Positions 7,468 to 13,672 of a stretch of 13,672 nt of DNA are shown in pieces. Where the stretch lies: the IMG/VR virus record IMGVR_UViG_638276137_000001, positions 64,001 to 77,672 of that record; one strand, 5' to 3'. The notes under the pieces were generated by a model. The model had not been told where the DNA came from, made no database searches, and was given only the letters and a program-made list of their open reading frames with translations. The stretch is from a virus. Lineage: Duplodnaviria > Heunggongvirae > Uroviricota > Caudoviricetes > Thumleimavirales > Hafunaviridae. A program made the position numbers and the translations under genes. Position 1 is the first letter of the stretch; each line of letters begins with the position of its first letter.

Positions 7468-8907
7468 TCAGGCGTTTTCGTCCTCCGTGATGGACTGTCT
7501 ATTTCGCTCACTTGAGCTATCGCGCCCCGACTCTCGGGACTTGACCTCCCCACCCGCCGACTCTACACCAGTCCCGGTGTCAGTCGGACGCCCACCTTCA
7601 GGGTTCTGTACCCTGTCGCCACGCCCGGCGAGTTCCGTAATCAGAGGAATAATCTCACTCGAAAGCTCGTCGGGGGACGGAAGCTCAACCTCGGGGTCGA
7701 TTCCAGCCCGCTCAGCGAACGCCTTGCGGGTAAGGAAGCCGGATTGGTAGAGCTTGATGAGCTTATCAATCTCAAGCCGCTTCTCAGCCGACGAGTGTTC
7801 ACCGAACTCAAACTCGGGAACCACTCCGTCAAACTCGTCCAGCGAGGACTCCACCATCAGCGACTTGAGAATCTGGTTCTCAACAGCCGACTTGACGATG
7901 TTTTGAAGCCGCTTGATACGCCGCTTGAAAGCAGGCATCGAGGCGGTTGCTTCGCCTGTCGAACCGCCCATGTTCATCAGGAGTGCCGGAATCCCGAGTC
8001 CCGTGACGATTCTGTTCTGAAGATGCTCGAACGTACCTTCCAGCTTCATCGCACCCGCACTCGATGAAGTAGAAGTCACGCCAACTACGTCGTAGTCAAC
8101 GTCGTGGGGAGCCGCGAGCATCGAATCCGGCTCAATCTGTTCAACAGTATCAAGCCAGCCGCCAATCTGGTCTTCCGACCATTGTTCTTCGTCGGTTCCG
8201 AGCTTCCAGAGAATCGGCGGGTACGCTTTCGTCGCAACGAACCGGGCGTAGTCAAACTCCATATCGCGGAGCATATCCGCCTGTTCCTGAATCGGCTCAA
8301 CGAAAGACCGACCGAAATCGTCGGTGGGGTCTTTGGTGAACCACAACTCCGCGACCTCGTGCGGGTCGTAAATCGTTGCGTCGTCGTCGTCGGGGCCACC
8401 GCCGCCCGGCGGCTCCAGCGCGTACTTGGTTACGAACCCGTACTCGTCGGTCTTCTTGTGCATCCTCTCGGTCGGGAGAATACGCGGTCGGAACTGCTCG
8501 TCTTCAACGACCAGCTCCATGAACGAGTGACCGTCCTGAGCCGCGTACTCAACCCATTGGTTGAAGACGCGCCAAAACTCGGAGTTGTGGAGTAGAAGGG
8601 CGACCGGCGCAATATCTTCCTCCGTCTGCTCGATTCCCGTGCCGGGAACGTTGCTCGGAGAGAGATTGAAGCCGTCACCGCAAATCCAGTCGATTAGTGT
8701 GTAAAGACCCTCGTGAACGTGAGGGTCGGTTCGCACAATATCCCGATTCTTCTCAATCTCCTTCTTCGGAGCCTCAGAAGAACGAGGGCCGGAGAATCGA
8801 CCACTACCGCCTTGCCCCTGTTCCTTGATAACGCCTTTAGGAGTGTCGGCGGCGAAGTCCATCCGCTCGCCCTCGTCGGGAGGGTCAGTAAAATTGCCAG
8901 TTGTCAT
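7468..8907 (-). CDS. Portal protein
   Basis: 479 aa, directly after terL. Portal-like features include 'DGHSFMELV', 'DDFGRSFVEPI' and 'IVTGLGIPALLM', with disordered termini. Confidence 0.88.
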   Translation of the reverse strand: MTTGNFTDPPDEGERMDFAADTPKGVIKEQGQGGSGRFSGPRSSEAPKKEIEKNRDIVRTDPHVHEGLYTLIDWICGDGFNLSPSNVPGTGIEQTEEDIAPVALLLHNSEFWRVFNQWVEYAAQDGHSFMELVVEDEQFRPRILPTERMHKKTDEYGFVTKYALEPPGGGGPDDDDATIYDPHEVAELWFTKDPTDDFGRSFVEPIQEQADMLRDMEFDYARFVATKAYPPILWKLGTDEEQWSEDQIGGWLDTVEQIEPDSMLAAPHDVDYDVVGVTSTSSSAGAMKLEGTFEHLQNRIVTGLGIPALLMNMGGSTGEATASMPAFKRRIKRLQNIVKSAVENQILKSLMVESSLDEFDGVVPEFEFGEHSSAEKRLEIDKLIKLYQSGFLTRKAFAERAGIDPEVELPSPDELSSEIIPLITELAGRGDRVQNPEGGRPTDTGTGVESAGGEVKSRESGRDSSSERNRQSITEDENA

Positions 8908-8921
8908 TTAAATAGAGTAGA

Positions 8922-10613
8922 TTAGAACGTTCGTCGCCGTCTCTTGGTAGAGCGGCGTCTGTTTCGTGATTGATAGCCGCGCTTCTGCCGTCCGTGAGAG
9001 AGAGAATATCCACGACCGCTCGAAGACTGACCAGAAATCTTCAAGCCAGCCCAACCGTCGCGCTCCTCCGTCTGTTCCACCTGAACCGGAGGGGTTACGT
9101 CTTCCCTCTGCTGGAGGTTCCGCGACTTGTCGGACTTGAAATTCGGTGGGAACGCCGCGAGAACGGTCGCCATAGCGAGGTCGTCCTTCCCATCGGGGGC
9201 GTGTTCCTTCCCCGTGAACTTCGGCTTCTGCCAATCCTCTTTCTGCTGTTTGACAATCGCACCGAGCTGTTCTCGGAGCGAATCATCCTCGGGAAGCCAC
9301 ACGAGGTCGTTGTGAAGGGCATAATTCATGTTGCCCATCATCTTCTCCACCTTGTCCTTCGCGGAGAAGTTGAAGCCCGTGTAGCCACGCCCGATTCGAC
9401 GGCGAACCTCGTCGTGGAACCCCTGTCCCACGCCCGTCATGTCCATAATGACGTTTGAAACGCCCATTCCGTTGTAGACCTGAGAGATTCGCTCAGCCAC
9501 CGCCGCCGGGTTCTGCCGACTCGATGGAGTGATACCGGCCTGTTCGAGAACGCGGTCGTTCACGACCTCGTGATACCGGAGATACCGACGCGGGCCTTCA
9601 TGCTCGAAGACCACAATCGCCGTATCGTCAGAGTTGAACCCAATATCCACACCCATGACGAGTGTGTTGGGAGTATCGTACCGCCTGAGGCCGTAGGAGT
9701 AGTCGTCAGCGGCTCCGCGCCCCATCGCGTCCTCTATGGTAGGCATAGAGAAGAAACGGTACTCGTCGCTCACAGGGCGGCACAGATACTCTTGTGCGAA
9801 GCCGTTAGGGTCGCTGGCTCTCTGAGTCTCCGCCGCCATCAAGTCGAAGTCGCCCCGGACGGGTTCCACGTCCTGCTCGAACAGCGAAACGTCCGTCTGA
9901 ATCTCGTCGGCGTTCTTGAACGTCGGCTGTTTCAGAGCGAGAATACCGAAGTCGTTGCGACCATCCGGTGTCCCACGCTCGTTGGCATCCATGAACTCGT
10001 CGTTCTGAGCCTTCGGAGTGGAAACCTGAACCATCTGACTCGAACCGAGACTGATGGTGGGTAGGTACGCATCGAGGGTGGCGCTCTGGTCTTCCAAGAA
10101 CGCCATCTCGTCAATAAAGACCGTCTTCGGAGGGTCTTCACCACGAGCGGAGTCCGGGTCGCCCGTGTACGCCTTGATACGAGAACCGTTCGGCAGAACA
10201 ATCTCGTCCTGATTGTCCTTTTCGAGCGGAATGTCGATTTTAGCGTTCTTAATCAGCGTCTTAATGTCGCTGATACGCGAGTTCGACTGCCCCTTCGTCT
10301 TAGAAAGAATCGGATAGAACGTATCCGGCTTGAGAAGCGCCTCAATCAGGATACAGATACCGATTATGTAGGAAACACCAATCCGCCGACCCTTGTAGAT
10401 ATTCAGAATCTTCGCATCGCCGTAGAAGTAGGCGTGCATAATCCGGGGCTGGTACGGTCGAAAGAGCGTCAGCGGCTCAATTTCGTCCGTTTCCAGATTT
10501 TTAGCCCGGAGAATATCCTCCGCAAGGAGGTCGGGGCGGCCATTCCACCTATCGAGCAACGCATCAACGTCAGCATCGCTCTCAGAGGCGAACTTTTCGG
10601 CAATTTCCTTCAT
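8922..10613 (-). CDS. terL: Terminase large subunit (563 aa; start revised to the ATG at 10613)
   Basis: Walker A-like KGRRIGVS, Walker B VFIDE, coupling motif STP, and RNase H-like nuclease motifs GVDIG, DMTGVG and DDLAMA. The ORF-track start at 10670 is a TTG inside the tRNA gene, so MKEIAEK is the plausible start. No intein motifs seen. Confidence 0.95.
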   Translation of the reverse strand: MKEIAEKFASESDADVDALLDRWNGRPDLLAEDILRAKNLETDEIEPLTLFRPYQPRIMHAYFYGDAKILNIYKGRRIGVSYIIGICILIEALLKPDTFYPILSKTKGQSNSRISDIKTLIKNAKIDIPLEKDNQDEIVLPNGSRIKAYTGDPDSARGEDPPKTVFIDEMAFLEDQSATLDAYLPTISLGSSQMVQVSTPKAQNDEFMDANERGTPDGRNDFGILALKQPTFKNADEIQTDVSLFEQDVEPVRGDFDLMAAETQRASDPNGFAQEYLCRPVSDEYRFFSMPTIEDAMGRGAADDYSYGLRRYDTPNTLVMGVDIGFNSDDTAIVVFEHEGPRRYLRYHEVVNDRVLEQAGITPSSRQNPAAVAERISQVYNGMGVSNVIMDMTGVGQGFHDEVRRRIGRGYTGFNFSAKDKVEKMMGNMNYALHNDLVWLPEDDSLREQLGAIVKQQKEDWQKPKFTGKEHAPDGKDDLAMATVLAAFPPNFKSDKSRNLQQREDVTPPVQVEQTEERDGWAGLKISGQSSSGRGYSLSHGRQKRGYQSRNRRRSTKRRRRTF

Positions 10614-10630
10614 AAAAGAGGGTCTTAGAG

Positions 10631-10701
10631 TGAGACAGGCCGGAGTCGAACCGGCGTAAGAGCGTCCCAAACGCCCGATGATACCACTACACTACTGTCT
10701 C
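10631..10701 (-). tRNA. trnP: tRNA-Pro (anticodon UGG), intron-less, CCA not encoded
   Basis: Folded by hand on the minus strand: acceptor GAGACAG/CTGTCTC with discriminator A; D arm GTG-TAGTGGTAT-CAT; anticodon stem GGGCG/CGCTC with loop TT-TGG-GA; variable loop TTAC; T arm GCCGG-TTCGACT-CCGGC. 71 nt. G1:C72 and A73 are archaeal-type tRNA-Pro features. Confidence 0.95.
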
Positions 10702-10705
10702 AAAA

Positions 10706-10912
10706 TCAGCGCATATCGGCCAAACTGACGTAAGAATCGCCATTTAGGGCCTCAATCCACGCATACCAGTTGCGAGAGTCCTCTATCAGATACCTCGCTG
10801 GCTCAATACCAGCGTCTCCGAACTCCAGACCGACGGCTTCGCCGTCCACGGGAGTATTACTTCGGGGGTATCGTTCAGATTTAGAGACTTCAACCGGCTC
10901 GTAGGGGTTCAT
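10706..10912 (-). CDS. Small hypothetical protein (68 aa from ATG 10912); C-terminus resembles a haloarchaeal small-protein family (DUF7511-like, from memory)
   Basis: The ORF track gives a non-ATG start at 10981 overlapping the previous gene. The ATG at 10912 (MNPYEPVEV..) avoids the overlap. The C-terminal 'AWIEALNGDSYVSLADMR' recalls the W-I-x-A..S-F/Y-V-x-L..R ending of that family; not verified by HMM. Confidence 0.65.
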   Translation of the reverse strand: MNPYEPVEVSKSERYPRSNTPVDGEAVGLEFGDAGIEPARYLIEDSRNWYAWIEALNGDSYVSLADMR

Positions 10913-10947
10913 TTGGAGAGATTCACCGCATCGAGGGGGCGAGACGA

Positions 10948-11142
10948 CTACTGAACCGTAATCGTGACCGTATCGCCGCAAATTTCGATTTTTTCCACGT
11001 CAGCGGGGTCAACGTCGGTTGCTCCACGGATATGACCGTCAAGAATCGACGCCAGCGGGAGAGAAAGGCCAAATTCGACCGTATCGTAGTCGAAATCCGG
11101 CTCAGAAAGGCCACAATCGCAGTTTTCGCAGGGTTCAGTCAC
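10948..11142 (-). CDS. Small acidic protein with an N-terminal CxxCxC motif
   Basis: 64 aa, GTG start, acidic composition like the neighbouring genes, CENCDC motif. Confidence 0.6.
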   Translation of the reverse strand: MTEPCENCDCGLSEPDFDYDTVEFGLSLPLASILDGHIRGATDVDPADVEKIEICGDTVTITVQ

Positions 11143-11145
11143 GTT

Positions 11146-11253
11146 TCAGTCCTCGAAGGTAAGGTTTTCCTCGAAGTTCGCTTCCTCAGTCTCCTCTCGG
11201 ACGAGCTGACCGTCCTCGGAGACGCTATACTCGGAGCTTTCCTTTTTGTCCAT
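11146..11253 (-). CDS. 35-aa acidic micro-protein
   Basis: Not in the ORF track. Hand translation: MDKKESSEYSVSEDGQLVREETEEANFEENLTFED*. Halophilic composition. Fills the gap between neighbours and overlaps the upstream zinc-finger ORF by 29 nt. Confidence 0.45.
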   Translation of the reverse strand: MDKKESSEYSVSEDGQLVREETEEANFEENLTFED

Positions 11254-11356
11254 TGTATCGTGTATCCCCCTCGATGCGGAAGGCCCCAAGAATAACACCA
11301 CAGGTGGGGCAATTCCCGCTATCGGGAGCGTTGTATCCGCAATTATAGCAATTCAT
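11225..11356 (-). CDS. CPxCG-related one-domain zinc-finger micro-protein (43 aa)
   Basis: Not in the ORF track. Hand translation: MNCYNCGYNAPDSGNCPTCGVILGAFRIEGDTRYNGQKGKLRV*. CxxC-x9-CPTCG matches the established haloarchaeal CPxCG small zinc-finger class. The ATG is 7 nt after the upstream stop. Confidence 0.75.
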   Translation of the reverse strand: MNCYNCGYNAPDSGNCPTCGVILGAFRIEGDTRYNGQKGKLRV

Positions 11357-11363
11357 AGGTAAT

Positions 11364-11627
11364 TCACCGCCTCACCAGCAGGGCTGAACCGCCGACCTCG
11401 CGGCCCCGGTTACGCCGGGGAACCGCACATTGGTCGGTCAAGACCTGTTTCGACGGACGGAACTGATAGTGAAGACCACCTACGAAGCCGATAATCGGCT
11501 CTCCGAGGTAGTATGCCAGCTCGTCGTACAGGTCAACGTCCATGTGTGCTTCTTCCTCCGCCCACGTCTGAACGGTCGCATCCCGAACAAGAGCGTATCC
11601 GGCGGAGAAGTTTTCAAGTTCAGCCAT
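11364..11627 (-). CDS. 87-aa hypothetical protein, resembles the haloarchaeal DUF5802-like family (from memory)
   Basis: Start revised to ATG 11627, which overlaps the terS stop (ATGGCTGA), implying translational coupling. 'ENFSAGYALV..HY..AVP..LLVR' recalls the FSSGYYL..HF..LP..LLLAK pattern; not verified. Confidence 0.7.
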   Translation of the reverse strand: MAELENFSAGYALVRDATVQTWAEEEAHMDVDLYDELAYYLGEPIIGFVGGLHYQFRPSKQVLTDQCAVPRRNRGREVGGSALLVRR

Positions 11628-12396
11628 CGTCATCGAATATTTCATCGTCGGGGTCGAAGCTCGGCTCATCGCCGTCTTCTCCCCCACCGAGAACAGCCTC
11701 CGCCGCAACTGCGGCGAGCTGTTCCGTCGCGCTCGCGGTCTTCTCGTCCGTGTTCATCTTGGACGCCTCCTTCGGCGTCAAGCCAAGCTCCTTCATTATA
11801 TCGAGAATGAGCTTCTGCTTGAGTCGGAGGTCTTCGCTCAGACCGTGAGCATCCGTAATAACGCGAAGGTTCCCGTTCTCGTCGTACACTTCCTGTCTGT
11901 CCATCTCACCCTCGTCGAGGATGTATTTGGACGACCGTGCTACGCGAACACGGGCAATCGCCGCCTGCTCAAGCAGGTCGTATCGTGCCGGGTCTTCCTC
12001 CTTGGACGGCCAGCCATAGGAATCCGCCCACGACATGATAAAGTCGTAGAGCTTCTGGTCGTCGTCGGTGAAAACAGATTCTAAGTGTTCGTCAGTAGCG
12101 TACATTCCGTGCCTCAGATTCGCAAGTAGTTCGAGATTTTCGTTGTTGCCGTTCGCGTTCTGGTTCGCGCCATGAAATCGGCACGAATGAGCGTGCCCAC
12201 CATCATCGAGGCGGGCTACTCGGTTAGAGCAGTATCGTGTTGGCCCATCGTAGTCCTCGGGTTGTTTACCAATCCGAGTAAGGCAGTAGGCCGTGTCGAA
12301 GGGAATCCCCTTCTCGGCTTTCGGAGTCTGCTGATACTCGAATTTGAGTTCAGCGAGTTCCTGAACCGTGTAGCCTGTTACTTCTGCCTGAGCCAT
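11620..12396 (-). CDS. terS: Terminase small subunit (probable) with an N-terminal Cys/His (HGGxSTG-like) zinc module
   Basis: First gene of the packaging operon. Has 'C..C..CRFHG' then 'NLRHGMYA', followed by helical oligomerisation-like segments ending 'IMKELGLTPK' and an acidic tail. Confidence 0.75.
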   Translation of the reverse strand: MAQAEVTGYTVQELAELKFEYQQTPKAEKGIPFDTAYCLTRIGKQPEDYDGPTRYCSNRVARLDDGGHAHSCRFHGANQNANGNNENLELLANLRHGMYATDEHLESVFTDDDQKLYDFIMSWADSYGWPSKEEDPARYDLLEQAAIARVRVARSSKYILDEGEMDRQEVYDENGNLRVITDAHGLSEDLRLKQKLILDIMKELGLTPKEASKMNTDEKTASATEQLAAVAAEAVLGGGEDGDEPSFDPDDEIFDDDG

Positions 12397-12624
12397 GTTG
12401 TATTACTAAAAGTGTTTCAACGCATCGAGTCGTTTTCTCTAACTCGGTGTTAGAAAGAGTTGAACTCGGGTTAGAAGAAAAAGTGAAAAGACCCGAGTAA
12501 AAACCGACAGAAAACAGAACCAGAGAGAAGATTCTGAGTCACCAGCTCAGAAATCCAGAGAAGATGCCACCGTAGGAGGTCTTCGTTATCGCTTCACTCC
12601 TACACTCCTATTAATGGTAAAGGG

Positions 12625-12632
12625 TTTATATA
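12625..12632 (+). promoter_or_regulatory. Consensus archaeal TATA box TTTATATA
   Basis: Exact TTTATATA preceded by purine-rich GTAAAGGG in the intergenic region between terS and the HalOD1 gene. The target transcript and direction are uncertain because the minus strand reads TATATAAA. Confidence 0.4.
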
Positions 12633-12767
12633 GGAAGGGGGGTGTTCATATACTACCTGTCTGATAAACTGACACATTACCCGGAGGTACTACTGCCGCA
12701 TCTTCTCGAAACGTCTACATCTGTAATATCTATGAGTCTGAGTAGCACCATAAGAAGAAGATAGGCC

Positions 12768-12783
12768 GATAAGTCTTAATACC
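12768..12783 (+). promoter_or_regulatory. BRE/TATA-like promoter for a leaderless HalOD1 transcript
   Basis: CGATAAGTCTTAATAC: the TTAATA (12776-12781) is centred about 27 nt upstream of ATG 12805, the spacing expected for leaderless haloarchaeal mRNAs. Confidence 0.55.
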
Positions 12784-12804
12784 CCCAATTACTCGTCTCC
12801 TTGT

Positions 12805-13275
12805 ATGGTAGACCCGGTACATAGCCACCATGTTGCGATTGAAGAAGGACATGACTTGCTAAGCCGGGGAGCGCACGACACGCGAGGGCCGGGTTCGCTC
12901 TCCGTGTCTGTTGTCAGAGAACTTTCTTCCCTCCTCGATGTAGACCCAACTCGTACTCAACTCCATCTGGACAAATACATCGACCCGGATTGGCTCGACC
13001 AGCTCCCCGACCGAGACTCCCTCCACGGCGAAAACAACTTGGGGGTGAGCTTTCACTACGGCGACTACAAGGTGTTCTGTTGCTCGTGTGGAAAAATAGC
13101 CGTGTATGGCGACCTCGAAAAATACGAGAGAGGTCAGATGAGGACACCACCCTCGATGCGTTCAGGCACTCAAGCCCCAACAGAAGTGCCCGTCCCCGAC
13201 CATAGCCGTACACAACGGCCCCACACACCAGATGAACCAGACCGGCTCTCCCACGAAAAAGGAGAGCTAATCTGA
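12805..13275 (+). CDS. Stand-alone HalOD1 (haloarchaeal output domain 1) protein
   Basis: 'LSVSVVRELSSLLDVDPT..LHLDKYIDPDWLDQL..VSFHYGDYKV..G.IAV' matches the HalOD1 consensus (S.AVV.AVA...VDP..L..LY..IDPDALD.LF...V.F.Y.GY.V.V..G.V.V). It has a low-complexity C-terminal tail. Confidence 0.8.
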   Translation: MVDPVHSHHVAIEEGHDLLSRGAHDTRGPGSLSVSVVRELSSLLDVDPTRTQLHLDKYIDPDWLDQLPDRDSLHGENNLGVSFHYGDYKVFCCSCGKIAVYGDLEKYERGQMRTPPSMRSGTQAPTEVPVPDHSRTQRPHTPDEPDRLSHEKGELI

Positions 13276-13317
13276 AAATCCACGAGTAGCCGACCCCTCC
13301 CCATCCGACCCCGACTG

Positions 13318-13385
13318 GAAAAACCGATTTTTCTGACCTCAGATGGGAAAATTCTGAGGTGGACTTACTAAAGCGCGTGTGCGCT
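13318..13385. other. Cluster of three short inverted repeats
   Basis: GAAAAA-CCGA-TTTTTC (13318-13333); ACCTCAGA-9 nt-TCTGAGGT (13336-13360); AGCGC-GTGT-GCGCT (13372-13385). Confidence 0.6.
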
Positions 13386-13404
13386 CTCTACCTTAATGTT
13401 CTAA

Positions 13405-13655
13405 CCGGCCCCCGTCCCCTGTCCCCCGTCGCTCGGGCTTGTACCCTCGGATATGTACGTCGTTGCTCTCCCTACGCGCGTACCTGCCTGCCTGCCTGTT
13501 CGTAGCTGGTTCCGTCCCCTGCCCCCTGCCCGTCCGTCTCTCCCCTGCCCGTCTCTCGGGCCGGTCGGCCCCTGCCCCTGCCCCGCGCGGGCCGTCTCTC
13601 CCCCCGCCCCCTGCCCGTCCATACGGGCCGTCTCTCGGGATTCTAATGGGCCGTG
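13405..13655. repeat. Non-coding C/T-skewed repeat region
   Basis: CCCCTGCCC x6 (13516, 13523, 13542, 13569, 13575, 13608); CCGTCTCTC x4 (13534, 13549, 13592, 13628); GGGCCG x4; (CCTG)4 at 13483-13498. Adenine is nearly absent from 13510-13620 on the plus strand. Confidence 0.85.
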
Positions 13656-13672
13656 AAAACGGCGGATTCGGT

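Noticed and set aside
10614-10670. N-terminal extension of terL (MGRSYAGSTPACLTLRPSF) given by the ORF track
   Set aside because: It starts at a TTG inside the tRNA-Pro gene and is just the tRNA read in frame. The ATG at 10613 is the credible start.
12572-12603. GTAGGAG/CTCCTAC inverted repeat and GGAGGT SD-like words in the terS upstream region
   Set aside because: The 7-bp stem has an 18-nt loop and no suitably placed ORF follows, so it is too weak to call.
13483-13655. Possible CRISPR array or mini-array at the right end
   Set aside because: The repeats are 4-12 nt, overlapping and irregularly spaced, with no unique 30-40-nt spacers.
13401-13656. ORFs 13401-13622 (-) and 13453-13656 (+)
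   Set aside because: These are G/R/Q-rich or P/C-rich translations of the low-complexity repeat tract, with non-halophilic composition.

Overview
This window is the DNA-packaging, head and neck module of a haloarchaeal tailed virus (Caudoviricetes). The call rests on gene order, strongly acidic proteins, archaeal-type promoter and terminator elements, an archaeal-type tRNA and a HalOD1-domain gene. No database search was run. On the minus strand, reading right to left, the order is: terminase small subunit; five tiny ORFs (two are below the ORF-track cutoff, including a CPxCG zinc finger); an intact tRNA-Pro(UGG); terminase large subunit (true start 10613, not 10670); portal; a small membrane protein; prohead protease; scaffold; capsid decoration protein; HK97-fold major capsid protein; head-tail adaptor; head closure protein; a 1037-aa protein; a 73-aa protein; and the start of a tail terminator-like gene. 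The most striking feature is that the HK97 gp10-like neck gene appears split. Its N-terminal half is fused to about 920 aa of cargo (about eight SH3/Tudor-like modules and a degenerate zincin-like domain), and its C-terminal half is a separate ORF starting 1 nt after the stop. At the right end are a divergent stand-alone HalOD1 gene and a non-coding, strand-skewed repeat region with hairpins that may be the genome terminus or packaging site.
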